DNA of 64,000 nucleotides from Spirochaetales bacterium (GCA_016934415.1 JAFGSW010000101.1:204-64203); one strand, 5' to 3'; positions 35,201 through 44,567 are shown, counted from the first letter of the stretch. Made by a program: numbers and translations. The notes: a model not told the origin generated them from the sequence alone.

Positions 35201-38058
35201 GGCTCGGCGGCCGACCGGTAGCTCTTCTCGAAGACCTTCTTGTCGACCACGTCGGTGTGGTATTTGACCTCGCCGGTGGTGAAGTCGGTCTCGCTCAGGT
35301 ACGAGTGCCATTCGCGGTGGTAGAGCCGCACCGTGAACGGCTTGCCCGCGAGGGGTTTTTCGTCGAAGCCGATGACGACCACCCGTGTCGGAATCGTCTT
35401 CGCATCCTTGATGAAGCGATCCACCTTGAGGCCGATCGCGAAGGCGGGAACGGCGACGACCCGCTTGACCGCGGTCACGGTCTGCAGGTCGGCGCCCTTG
35501 ACCGTGGCTTCCACCACGAACACGCGGGGCGCGCCCGCGTTCTCGGCGGCCGGGTTCAGCGTCAGGCGGGCCGAGCCCTCGGCGTCGGTCACCGCGTGCA
35601 CGACGCTCGCCCCCCCGCTCTCATAGTCCCGCCCGCCGGAGAAGGCCTCGTCGGAGGAGAACGTGAAGCCCGGCAGGCCGGACGGGCGCACCGAGTAGGG
35701 ATACTTGGTGATTTCCCAGGTCACGGCCTGGCCCGCGACGCGTCCGCCCGCGTAATAGTCGGCGGTGAGAACGATTTCAAATTGGCGGTCGAGGGGCACG
35801 CGGTCCGGCCCCGAGAGCGCGACCTCGAAGGTGGGCACGCGGTAGGCTTCCTTCTTGAAGGGGACGCTCGCAAGTGTGCTCCCCGCTTTCACGTCGATGA
35901 GGGAGGCGGTGTAGTCGCCGGTGGGGATGTCCTTCCGGTCGAACTTGACGGAAAATCCCTGGTTCGGCCCGAGGGCGACGGGATACGTCCATTGCTTGCC
36001 GCCCGGGCCGTAGACGACGAGCTTGCGCTCGCGGGAGGCGTCGTCGGGCTTGATCACGCCCTGCTGCCGGAGCCGGACGTAGCCCATGACGTACACCGGC
36101 TCCTCCGGCCGGTAGAGCGGGCGCTCGGTGAACAGGTAGGCGCGGCGGCTCGGGGAGAGGCGCGCGGTCACGGGATCGGAGTTGAGGAAGGAGAGCCAGC
36201 GCGATCCCTCGTCCGACCAGTGGTTGTTCGAATAGACGGGCGGCGGATTGGCCGGGTCGAAGACGACTTTGTCGTCGCCCGACGACACGATGATGCGCCG
36301 TATCGTTTCCTCGATATCTTCGCGGTGGACGTAGCGGAAAAAACCCCGGGCGTCCGTCGTCCCGGAGACCACCGGGACCCAATCGCGGCTCTTGCCCTTG
36401 CGGCGCTCGCCTTCCACGCTGATGCGGGCGCCCGCCACGGGCCGGCCGGTCTTAAGCGAGGTGACGACGAAGACGACCTCGTTTTCCTCCTCCACCGTGG
36501 AGAGGGAGAGGTCGGTCACGACGAGGCGGACGTAGGTGCGGCGGCTCCCCGGTCCGAGCAGGCGGCAGCCCACGAGGTAGGTGCCGGGCGCGTCTTTTCC
36601 CGAGACGCGCTCGAGGATCGGGCCGAGGTCGAACCCGAAGCGGCTCGCGCCGGACGTTTTCCTGATGGGCAGATCGATGAGCCGGGAGTCGTGCGGCGTG
36701 CCGAGGAGCCGGATCTGGGACCGGAGGTTTTCACCGTACGGCGGCTCCTCGCCGGGCATGGGCGGACGCGAGTCCTCGTCCACCGCCACGGGAGACGCGG
36801 GGAAGGGCCAGAAGTTGCGGTTCTCCGGATCGATTTTATACACGCGCAGGTCGGCGCGCGTCAAGCCGCGGCCTTCCATGGGGAAAAGTCGGGGGCCGAA
36901 GCGCTCGACCACGGCCTGGCCGCTCTTCCACTGCAGGTAGGCGTCGAGCTGGCGGTAATAAAAATAGAAGGAGGTCTCTCCGAAGGGCATGAGTTTCCGG
37001 CCCGACGCGCTCTTGAGGGGAAAATGCGAGAGCGTAAGCTTGTAGGGCGTGTTCTTGTCCGCGCCGAACATGAGGACGAGGCGGTCGCCCTCGACCGAGA
37101 AGCGGAAGTCCCTGACCGCGGGCTCGAAGCGCGCGAGGCGCTTCACCGCCTCCGCGCCGAGCGGGGCGAGCGCTTCGCTGAAGCGCAGGGTGACCGGGCT
37201 CCGGCCGTCGCCGCAGTCGACCGCCTGCTCGAGCGAGTAGACGCTCCCGTTGGCGGCCACGGGCAGTTCGGCGTAGCCGGCGGACATGCCGATGAGGCGG
37301 AATTCCCGCTTGGTGGCGAAGGTGTACGAGGCGAGCGAGCCCTCGAGCTCCCCGTCGAGGGAAAGGCGCAGGGAAAGGGTGAGGAACCGGCCGTAGGGCA
37401 CCGGGGTCCTGAGCTCGAGCCGGTACCGGTTGGAGGTGCCGGCGTCGGTCTTGTCGAGCAGCTTCACGGTGAAGTCGTCGGCGGTGAGCCGGACGGCGGC
37501 CCCTTCGCCCACGCCGGGCAGCGCCTTGATCTCGAACGAGATCATGGAGGCGAGGTCGGCGGGCGGGATCTCGTTCGGGAAGGTGAGGGTGAACGACGAG
37601 ATCGGCTCGAGGTCGCGGGACCCGGACGACGGGGAAAGCGAGGTCGGCGGCACCATGAGGGTGAAAAGGGTGCGGCTCGCGCCGCGCGCCTTCACCGTGA
37701 AGTTCTTGAGCGCGGGCCAGGCCACGGCCGGCAGGAACTGGACGGTCCGGGCGTCGACGAAGCGGTACTCGCCCGGCACGGCCGGGCTCACCGAGAGGAG
37801 GTCGCCGGGGTTGTCGAGCGGTCCGCCCGCGGCGGGGCCGACCGAACGGGCGTAAAACACCGTAATCGGGTCGTAGCCGCGCAGGAATGTCTCGGGGATG
37901 ATGACCACGCCTTTGGAGCGTAAAGTCTCCTCGAGGCCCGAGCTCACGGGGCTGAATCCCCTGCCGCCCTTCTCGGGCGCGCCCTCGGCGAAGAGCGGCA
38001 TGGAGGCCGCGAGCAGCGCGGCGGCCAGTGCAACGGCGATCGCTGATTTTTTCATCAT
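32215..38058 (-). CDS. Bacterial alpha-2-macroglobulin, thioester-containing (YfhM/ECAM type)
   Basis: 1947 aa. Signal peptide without a lipobox Cys. Thioester motif YPHGCTEQ (GCTEQ codons at 33670-33684). Strong RBS GGAGGAAGG. ATGA overlap with the upstream gene. Confidence 0.95.
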   Translation of the reverse strand: MMKKSAIAVALAAALLAASMPLFAEGAPEKGGRGFSPVSSGLEETLRSKGVVIIPETFLRGYDPITVFYARSVGPAAGGPLDNPGDLLSVSPAVPGEYRFVDARTVQFLPAVAWPALKNFTVKARGASRTLFTLMVPPTSLSPSSGSRDLEPISSFTLTFPNEIPPADLASMISFEIKALPGVGEGAAVRLTADDFTVKLLDKTDAGTSNRYRLELRTPVPYGRFLTLSLRLSLDGELEGSLASYTFATKREFRLIGMSAGYAELPVAANGSVYSLEQAVDCGDGRSPVTLRFSEALAPLGAEAVKRLARFEPAVRDFRFSVEGDRLVLMFGADKNTPYKLTLSHFPLKSASGRKLMPFGETSFYFYYRQLDAYLQWKSGQAVVERFGPRLFPMEGRGLTRADLRVYKIDPENRNFWPFPASPVAVDEDSRPPMPGEEPPYGENLRSQIRLLGTPHDSRLIDLPIRKTSGASRFGFDLGPILERVSGKDAPGTYLVGCRLLGPGSRRTYVRLVVTDLSLSTVEEENEVVFVVTSLKTGRPVAGARISVEGERRKGKSRDWVPVVSGTTDARGFFRYVHREDIEETIRRIIVSSGDDKVVFDPANPPPVYSNNHWSDEGSRWLSFLNSDPVTARLSPSRRAYLFTERPLYRPEEPVYVMGYVRLRQQGVIKPDDASRERKLVVYGPGGKQWTYPVALGPNQGFSVKFDRKDIPTGDYTASLIDVKAGSTLASVPFKKEAYRVPTFEVALSGPDRVPLDRQFEIVLTADYYAGGRVAGQAVTWEITKYPYSVRPSGLPGFTFSSDEAFSGGRDYESGGASVVHAVTDAEGSARLTLNPAAENAGAPRVFVVEATVKGADLQTVTAVKRVVAVPAFAIGLKVDRFIKDAKTIPTRVVVIGFDEKPLAGKPFTVRLYHREWHSYLSETDFTTGEVKYHTDVVDKKVFEKSYRSAAEPLAIELDAGAAGVYVVEALAKDSLGRLQKVQSDLYLAGKEPVSWEKSYAGVFETSFDRESYAPGDRVTLLLKSPFQDARALVVVEGPDKNEYHWTDVRGGQGLFTFTVCEDMVPGVPVHALLLRGRLPGTGTLSSFDSGSRVDRGRPIAMAATARVKVDSVRNRLKVSLDHEKTSLPGKQLKMKIIVKDWRGAPVDGTASLWLVDRAVLSLGQERPLRPLDAFIDPVSSTLRVHETRNEVVGNLPIEEIPGGDDGEAAGKMRSESASRDEAALELFKKTTVRRNFQTVPYINPAVPVKNGLAEITIDLPDNLTDFSVRCVAAADYDKFGTAGSVVSIHLPVIIQTALPRFVRPGDEFRAGGIGRIVEGSGGPGTAAVEVEGLKLKGGAVRDSRPLQWKKNAAERIYFDFLAPESLTPGDTAAVRMAVERSSDKAGDGFELKLPVRLDTQTLRKDAFVRADGSAPVSPPAPDYKPRPGTMKVTVVATYEPEAVKLLAAMRFLADYPHGCTEQRVSKLYPALALKETLGKLGLKDTYTVPGPVFKELLAYLESALTPQGLYSYWPGSDGYVSLTAYVVEFLTLAKKAGYDVPDKLLSRPLQALKDALRSDYDYFISGYSFRERVESMSSLTAAGRFDDQYAYDLLVGARNQDLYSQAKILSLFLANKKGDAKQVKDLLDAVWSKTVFKLKDKKEMFAGLQYGDMAWGGLVLSSRVRTNAQVIRALQASDPESARVRLMIDDLLSRADDSGWGNTCDNVSALLAVSSLLESSAAPGRSHVFEITAGGTRVTLDTGGKSVSFVELETDRPALVKLVSGDKNKTPWLWLTIEYVPDVTADRLPSENKGFVVERELVEYGPDKKVVDRRPAKSGEKQTYKTETVIEEHVRVVNPADRNFVAVVVPFAAGFEPMNPNLATSSKDAAPAGGITRRPSYALYADDSVTFYYDTLPKGTYDFYFRTRASFSGSYTHPGARAELMYDLKVYGRSAGTRIEIVEGPK

Positions 38059-41000
38059 TCACCTTCCTCCGGGTATTCGGTTTGTCCCTGATTTGTATAT
38101 TGATTGACGATGTCCTGCGGCACGCCCGCGCCGCTGCCGTCCTGCCCGTAGACGAGCGGGCGGTAGCGGACTGGCAATCCATCGCCGCCCGAGGCCGGAT
38201 CGTCGCCGTAGACGGCCAGGTAGTAGGTCCCCCTCGCGAGCGTGCGGAAGAGGAGCGTGCCGGCGCCGAGGAGCCTCGAGCCCGCGTCATAAAGCTCGGC
38301 GCGGAGACGGTCGGCCTCGGCGGACAGGCCGACGCCGACCCCGCCCGGTTCCGTTACCTCGAACGCGAAGACCTGCGCCTCGCCCTTGCCGATGAAGAAA
38401 TCCTTCTCGTCGTTTTTACCCGACAAGGCGACGGGTCGGACGCGGGCGAGCGAGAGCGTGCCGCGGAGCGACGAGTCCTTGATGGGACGGACGTGGATTT
38501 CGTAATCGCCCTTCGCCAGACGTTGGACGATCGGGGACCGCGGCGCTTCCAGGCCCGAGCGTACGGCGAGCACACGGCCGTTGGCGGAGCCGCCCGAAAG
38601 GGCAATCACCCCGGGGCTGGTCGTCGTGATCACGGCGAAAGCGTCCGCGTCCATCCTGAAGGAGTAGAGCGCTTCCCCGCCCGAAAGCCGTTCCGTTCCG
38701 GAAATCGGCTTCGCCTTCAGGCCCCGGCTGCGGCCGGCCAGATCTTCGGCCTCTTGGCCGGCCCGGCTGAAGAAGACGGAAATCCAGCCTTTCCCGTGCG
38801 TGATCTCGAGGTCGCCGGGCTCGGCGGGAAGCACGGCGACGTCGGCCGGCCCTTCCTTCCGGACCGGTCGGGAGATCCTGCCGTCGCGCCCGAGGAGCCT
38901 GGCCCCGAAACCGTCGCCGGCGAGACAGAGCGATTCCTTTTCGTGTCCGGCCGGTATGGACACCGTCAGGCGGCCTTCGCCCGGGAAGACGGTTTCGATC
39001 CCCGCCGCGTCCAGAATCGGGGAGGGGGCGTCGCTTGAGTTTGAAACGATCGCCTTGACGGCCGCGTCGGCCGCGCCGTAATTGGCGATCACGAGCGTGC
39101 CGCCGGTCACGGCGAAGGTGACGTCGCGGTTGGCAGCGTCGGCCGCGGCCATCGTCAGGGGCTCGCCGCTCCGCCACACCGCGGCGGCGCAGCCGCGCGA
39201 GAGGAGGACCCGGAGAACCTGCGCGCCCGCGTCGAGATCGAGCCTGAGGGCGCGGCCCGGGTCGAGGAGCCAGGTCCGCGTCTCGCCCTTGCCGAGACGC
39301 CCAGAGTCTGCGGGCAGGCGGACGAGGCGGACGTTCACGCGCGCGTCGGCCCGGCCGGCGGCGACCGGCTCCGGGTTCCAGAGCCTCGCCTGGTACGCTC
39401 CCGAGGGCGGGAAGAGCACGAAGGTTTTATTGTCCGACTCGTCCATGCCCCTGAAATCGTACTTGTCCTTTTTATAGCGGCCGCGCGGCGCGAGCGAGAG
39501 GCCGCAGGGCTTGTCCTCGGTTTCCGCGGTCAGGAGGAAGGCGTCGCTCCGGCCGGGGTCCGCGAGAAAGGAGTGCGGGATCGATCCGACGAAGACGGTC
39601 CGGCTTTCGCCCGCGGCGATCGAGGCCGGCTCGAAGCGCACGCCCGGGACCGTCCCGCCCGCGGCCGAGACGAGATAGCCGCGGCCGCCCGGCCCGGTCG
39701 CGATCCAGGCGCCGGGGGACAGGCACGGCGATTCGGGGCCGGTTGAATAGAGAACGCGATCGGCCTTGTCCGCGATCCTGTAGCTCAAACCGTGGCGGTT
39801 GTCGAGGGCCAGGAATTCCGGGCAATCGAAGGCGCGCGGAGAATCGGACAGCTCGACCGATCGGGGGACGGTGTAGGCGACCGTCGCCTTCACGGGCTGC
39901 GGCCGGTCTTCGGACTGCCGGATCTGAAGCGTGTAGGCCCGGCCCTTGTACAGGGGCACCGCCAGGAAACCCTCGCCCGCGGCGAGGAGCTCGGTCTCAC
40001 GGTACAGGCCGAACTTCACGGCCCGGCCTTTCTCGGCCCTGACCGAGAGCACGCCTTCCGCGTCGGGGCGGACCGGGATCTTCAGGATTTCCCGGCCCAA
40101 TGACTGGTCGACGGTGAAGGGAAGCTTCCGCTCCCCGAGCGGATGTTCCGCGTTGACGGCCATGGCGACCGTCGACCCGCCCGTGACGGAGCCGGCCGGC
40201 TCGATGCGAAGCAGGTAGCGGCCGGCGCCGAGTCGCTGGGTGATGCGGAAGTTCCAGTCGTTTTCCGCGTCGTCGTTCTCTGCGATGAGATGGTCGCCCG
40301 TCTCGTCCCAGAGCGAGGCCTTGAAATCCCCCTCGCCCGAGCTTGAAAAATCGTAGACGCCGTCGCCGCCGGTGCTGACGACGAAGGAACCCGCGCCGTA
40401 TCCGAGCTCGTAGACGAGCCCCGAGGCGAGCATGGCGGTGGAAACGCCGACCGTGTATTGGAACAGGTTGCGTTCCTCCTGCGGGCTCACCGCGAGCTCG
40501 TAGGCGCCGGCCGGAAGGTCGAACGACTGCGCCGGGCCGCCGGCCAGGCGCACGGGCTCGGCCAGGGACTGCCCTTTCAGCTCGCCCTGCATGCCCGTTG
40601 AGAGAGAGGCGGCGACCGAGAGCGGCGCGGGCAGGACGAAGGCGAACACGTCCGGCGCGCGCCCGGGCGTCTCCTTCCAGACTCGGCTCCGCCGGTGGTT
40701 GAGCTCCAGGTCGAACCGCTTTGCATTCTCGTCCTCGGCCGCGGGGCGGATGATCCGGGCGAAGGTCGTGAGGCGGCGGGTGAGGTAAGGAACCGGGAAC
40801 GAGAAATAGACGTACGAGCCGCGATCGAGCTCGATATCGGTCCCCCGGTTGCCGACGGCGATCGGAAAGCCTTCGGCGTCCTCAAGGCGGAAGGGGAAAT
40901 TGACGCCCAGACCGAGCGTGGTGATCGCGTAGCGCCCCTGGATCGCGGCGGACAACGCGTAGCGCAGGCCGACGTCCGATTCGACCGTCCGGCGGCTTAT

Positions 41001-43244
41001 CGCGTCGGGCTCGAGCTCTCCGAGATCGGTGAACTCGGTTTTCCTCAATACGACGCCGGCCCGGCCGCGGCTTTGGCCGCGCGCGCTCACCGCCACCAGG
41101 TAATCGCCCGGCTTCAGGTAGGTCATGATGAGGGCGTTCCGGCCCTCGCCGTTCTCCCCGGCCTGAACGAGCGAGGGGACGAGCGGCGTACGCACGGAGA
41201 GGCCCATCGAAAGGCGGCCCGTCGTCTCGATCCGGTAGAGGGACGGCACGGCGACGCGCAGAAGAACATTGCGGGTCTGGCCGCGCTCGAAATCGGCGTA
41301 ATACGGGCGGCCCTCGGTGAAGACCGGAAAGGTGTCTTCGAAGGCTTTCAGGACCGGCTTGGGGAATCGCTGCAGGGAAAGGGCGTCCGCGGCGTAGAGG
41401 GTGATGAGGTCGGCGCGCTTGGCTTGATTGGCGAGGGTGAAGGTGTACGTGCCGGGGCGTAGGGGTGATCCGTTTTCGGCCTTTTTCCCGGACACGGTGA
41501 GCGAATACTTTTCCCCTTCGACGGAGAGAACCGAATTCTTCTCCACCCGCACGCCGACGGTCACGTTCTCACCGGGGGCGAGCGTCGCGGAGAGGGGGAC
41601 CTCCAATGAAAGCGGCAGCTCGCGCACGTCGACGCCGACGGCCGCGTCGGAGCGGGAGTTGAGCGTGAGACTCGCGCTTGTTTTTGCCGGCACCTCGACC
41701 GCAGGCCAGGCGACCGCGGATTGCGGCTCGGGCGGGTCGAGCTTCAGCAGGTCGGCCGGCTTTCGGCTGCCGTCCCTGTACACGGCGAAGTGCAGAATGC
41801 CGAGCGAGGCCGGTTGAAGGTCGAGGGAATAGAATCCCCGCACGAGCTCGACGCTCTTGTCCGGGGTCTTCCACTCGGCTTCGACCCCCCTCGTGAACCG
41901 GTTCTCAAGCAGGGTGAAGCGGTAGCGGGCCTTGCCCCCCGCGGTCGCGCTCTCCGCGACCCGGTAGGCGCCCGGCGTCTCGATGAAAAGGTACACGGAG
42001 TTGTTTCCGAGGAGATTGACCTTGCGGATGAAGGGCGAATTCGCGGAAACCCGGATCGCCCCCTCTTTCAGGAAGGAAACCTTCCGGTTGGAGCTCGTGT
42101 AGATGAGCGGGGTGAGGTCGATGAGGTCCCGGGCGGCGTGCCCGGAGACGGTTGACACCCAGAAGGTTTTTTTCGCCTTCCTGTCGTAGGGCAGGGAACC
42201 GGCGCCGCGTTTGAAGAAACTCACCTCCAAAAGGTCGCCGGGCCCGGCCTCGACCACGAGCCATTTTCTTTCCGACGAGCTCCGGGAATAGAAGGAGCAC
42301 CACGGCTCCTTCGATTTCTTGGTGATCTCCGCGCTCGACTGCAGCCGGTAGCGGCTGCGGTCCTTGCCGTAGTACCCGGCGCCGATCCGTGTCTGCTCCA
42401 GGGCGTCGCGCACGCACTCGACGTAGTCGGCGCTCCCGGCGATGAGGTAGGCGTCGCGGCCGAACGGCGAGATGCGCAGCTTCTGCGCGCCGTTCGAGCC
42501 CAGGAACCGCGCCCCGCGGCGCAGGAGGAGTTTTGTTTCCCCGCTTTCGTCGGTCCAGGCCCGCGGCTTCCCGCCGGCGCAGACCAGGAGGTAGTGGCCG
42601 GCTTCGAGGGTGCTGTGGAATTCGGCGAAGAGCGCGGGCCTTCCCTGTTCCGGCTCGCGCTCTTCGTAATCGGGCCTGACCGCGGTGAGCCACTGGCCGT
42701 TTTGCCAGAGGGCGCAGGATTGGAGGGCACGGCCCATCACCTCCAGGCGGAGCTCGTCGCGCCGGGGAAGGTAGATCCAGTAGGAACGGGTGGCGAGGTC
42801 GCCGAGGGTGGTTTCGACGAAATCGCCGTCGTAGAGAAAGGGGTAATCGGCGATCGTGGCGGCGGCATTGGCTTCGGTGAAGGGGAGCACCGCAAGCCCG
42901 GCCGGGGCCTTCGCGTCGCGGTCGGGGAACAGGTTGACGCGGTATTCGCCCGGGTCGAGGAGAAGGTCGATCCGCCCGTCGCGTTCGCCCGGCGCCCCCG
43001 AGCGCGCTCCGATGACGCCGGCCATCCGGTCGACGAGCTCAAGGGCCGTGCCCGTCTTGCTTGTCGTCCGCAGGCTGTAGTAGCCGCGCTCCCGCACCGT
43101 GAGGAGGGTGCGCTGGAGGTCCGAGGGCGCGAACGCGGTCTTCGCGAGCGACGCCGGGTCGGCCGCGAAGAGCGAGGCCGCGATCGGGAAATAAAGGGCG
43201 ATGCACAGGATCGATCTGAGATTGCCGCCGCCGGGTCTTTTCAT
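38055..43244 (-). CDS. Giant secreted protein of repeated PPC-like beta-sandwich modules, function unknown
   Basis: 1729 aa. RBS GAAGGGGGA. Signal peptide ...ASLFAADP. At least a dozen G-x-Y-x-[LVF] strand signatures (PGEYRV, AGHYLL, PGDYLV, AGRYLL, RGTYYL...). One module, ENDDAENDWNFRITQRLGAGRYLLRIEP, closely resembles pre-peptidase C-terminal domains. Confidence 0.85.
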   Translation of the reverse strand: MKRPGGGNLRSILCIALYFPIAASLFAADPASLAKTAFAPSDLQRTLLTVRERGYYSLRTTSKTGTALELVDRMAGVIGARSGAPGERDGRIDLLLDPGEYRVNLFPDRDAKAPAGLAVLPFTEANAAATIADYPFLYDGDFVETTLGDLATRSYWIYLPRRDELRLEVMGRALQSCALWQNGQWLTAVRPDYEEREPEQGRPALFAEFHSTLEAGHYLLVCAGGKPRAWTDESGETKLLLRRGARFLGSNGAQKLRISPFGRDAYLIAGSADYVECVRDALEQTRIGAGYYGKDRSRYRLQSSAEITKKSKEPWCSFYSRSSSERKWLVVEAGPGDLLEVSFFKRGAGSLPYDRKAKKTFWVSTVSGHAARDLIDLTPLIYTSSNRKVSFLKEGAIRVSANSPFIRKVNLLGNNSVYLFIETPGAYRVAESATAGGKARYRFTLLENRFTRGVEAEWKTPDKSVELVRGFYSLDLQPASLGILHFAVYRDGSRKPADLLKLDPPEPQSAVAWPAVEVPAKTSASLTLNSRSDAAVGVDVRELPLSLEVPLSATLAPGENVTVGVRVEKNSVLSVEGEKYSLTVSGKKAENGSPLRPGTYTFTLANQAKRADLITLYAADALSLQRFPKPVLKAFEDTFPVFTEGRPYYADFERGQTRNVLLRVAVPSLYRIETTGRLSMGLSVRTPLVPSLVQAGENGEGRNALIMTYLKPGDYLVAVSARGQSRGRAGVVLRKTEFTDLGELEPDAISRRTVESDVGLRYALSAAIQGRYAITTLGLGVNFPFRLEDAEGFPIAVGNRGTDIELDRGSYVYFSFPVPYLTRRLTTFARIIRPAAEDENAKRFDLELNHRRSRVWKETPGRAPDVFAFVLPAPLSVAASLSTGMQGELKGQSLAEPVRLAGGPAQSFDLPAGAYELAVSPQEERNLFQYTVGVSTAMLASGLVYELGYGAGSFVVSTGGDGVYDFSSSGEGDFKASLWDETGDHLIAENDDAENDWNFRITQRLGAGRYLLRIEPAGSVTGGSTVAMAVNAEHPLGERKLPFTVDQSLGREILKIPVRPDAEGVLSVRAEKGRAVKFGLYRETELLAAGEGFLAVPLYKGRAYTLQIRQSEDRPQPVKATVAYTVPRSVELSDSPRAFDCPEFLALDNRHGLSYRIADKADRVLYSTGPESPCLSPGAWIATGPGGRGYLVSAAGGTVPGVRFEPASIAAGESRTVFVGSIPHSFLADPGRSDAFLLTAETEDKPCGLSLAPRGRYKKDKYDFRGMDESDNKTFVLFPPSGAYQARLWNPEPVAAGRADARVNVRLVRLPADSGRLGKGETRTWLLDPGRALRLDLDAGAQVLRVLLSRGCAAAVWRSGEPLTMAAADAANRDVTFAVTGGTLVIANYGAADAAVKAIVSNSSDAPSPILDAAGIETVFPGEGRLTVSIPAGHEKESLCLAGDGFGARLLGRDGRISRPVRKEGPADVAVLPAEPGDLEITHGKGWISVFFSRAGQEAEDLAGRSRGLKAKPISGTERLSGGEALYSFRMDADAFAVITTTSPGVIALSGGSANGRVLAVRSGLEAPRSPIVQRLAKGDYEIHVRPIKDSSLRGTLSLARVRPVALSGKNDEKDFFIGKGEAQVFAFEVTEPGGVGVGLSAEADRLRAELYDAGSRLLGAGTLLFRTLARGTYYLAVYGDDPASGGDGLPVRYRPLVYGQDGSGAGVPQDIVNQYTNQGQTEYPEEGE

Positions 43245-43345
43245 TGAGTCCCCCTTCTTTTCGTATTGTTTTCATTATAACCCCCATGCCCCGCTTTCGC
43301 CAGTAAAGGAGAGAGCGAATTGACGCTTTTATACCGCGGAAATTG

Positions 43346-43379
43346 ATTGTAGAGACGCACGGCCGTGCGTCTCTACAAT
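43346..43379. repeat. P-palindrome repeat, copy 3 (34-bp perfect palindrome)
   Basis: ATTGTAGAGACGCACGGCCGTGCGTCTCTACAAT, in the divergent promoter region. Confidence 0.85.
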
Positions 43380-43457
43380 ACAATCAACAACAGGCTGGTG
43401 TGAAACCGGTTTTCAGGATAATGTGAATCTATTATAAACAATAACGGAGACCGACCG

Positions 43458-44567
43458 ATGAAAGACATCCCCCGTCACTCAGGCTCAACCGACGTCACCC
43501 CGGAAGAGGCGGGATTTCATTCGCCCCGGCTGGACGCGCTCGACTCGTTCTTCGCCCGGCTCATCGAAAAGAAGCGATTGCAGGCCGCGGGCTTCCTCCT
43601 GGCCCGGCGCGGTAAAATCTTCGCTTCGCGGACCCTGGGAAGCCTCGCGCCGGACGATCCGGGGCGATCTTTTCTCCCGGATTCGCTTCTGGCCGTCGGC
43701 CCGATCACGCAGGCGGTCACGGCGGTCGCGCTCTTCACGCTGATGGAGGCGGGACGGCTCACCCTGGAACAACCGGTGAGCCGCATGATCAAGGAATTCG
43801 ACACGGACCAACATCGGAAAATCGCCGTCTCCCATCTTCTGAACCATACCGCCGGGCTCGCCCCGGACGCCGGTTTTTTTCACGAGCCCAACCCGGCGCG
43901 GGCGCCCCGCTTTCGGAACATGAGGGATTTCCTGCGCCATGCCCTCCGCGGGCCGCTTCTCGCCCCGCCCGGCGAGCGCTGGGCTCCGTGCGCGAACGGC
44001 TTCGTCGTGCTGGGCGAAATCATCGAACGCGTTTCCGGCGTGACGTACGAGGACTACGTCCGGCGGGCCGTGCTGGAGCCGCTGGGGATGGGCGATACCC
44101 ATTTCACCGTTCCCGAGGAGAAGCGGGACCGGCTGTGCCGCACGGGGAAAAGAATGAGCTCGCGCGGAAAGGGGAAAAACATTCAGGCCGCCGATTCGGG
44201 ACTGCATTCGACGCTTCCGGACCTTTTCAAGTTCGGCCGAATGATGCTCGGCAACGGCCGGCTGGGCGATGCGCGCGTTATCAGTCGGAAATCGGTGGAG
44301 AAGATGACCTCGAACCGGCTCCGCCACCTGTCGGCGGAAGAGGGTGCGATGCGGCTCGACCCCAAAAAATACGGCTTCGGCTGGTCGATCCTATCGCTGA
44401 GCATCGTCTCACCGTCCGCCTTCGGTCTCGAGGCGCCCGGCCGGGCTTCCCTGCTGATCGACCCCGAGGAGGATCTCGCGGCCGTCTTTTTCACCCCGGC
44501 CGCGGGTCCGCCGGCGCCGGAGGCCCTCACCGTTCCCCCGGCCGTCGTCTGGTCCGGACTCGAGTAA
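43458..44567 (+). CDS. Beta-lactamase-family serine hydrolase paralogue with degenerate active site
   Basis: Aligns along its full length with the next gene, but SxxK is replaced by P-I-T-Q (43701-43712) and the motif-2 Tyr is Pro (WAPCANGF vs WSYSSLGF). Confidence 0.8.
   Translation: MKDIPRHSGSTDVTPEEAGFHSPRLDALDSFFARLIEKKRLQAAGFLLARRGKIFASRTLGSLAPDDPGRSFLPDSLLAVGPITQAVTAVALFTLMEAGRLTLEQPVSRMIKEFDTDQHRKIAVSHLLNHTAGLAPDAGFFHEPNPARAPRFRNMRDFLRHALRGPLLAPPGERWAPCANGFVVLGEIIERVSGVTYEDYVRRAVLEPLGMGDTHFTVPEEKRDRLCRTGKRMSSRGKGKNIQAADSGLHSTLPDLFKFGRMMLGNGRLGDARVISRKSVEKMTSNRLRHLSAEEGAMRLDPKKYGFGWSILSLSIVSPSAFGLEAPGRASLLIDPEEDLAAVFFTPAAGPPAPEALTVPPAVVWSGLE

Noticed and set aside
35257-37923. 888-aa plus-strand ORF
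   Set aside because: It is antisense to the alpha-2-macroglobulin gene. The product is Gly/Arg/Ala/Glu/Asp-rich (GC-biased codons), with no domain signature.
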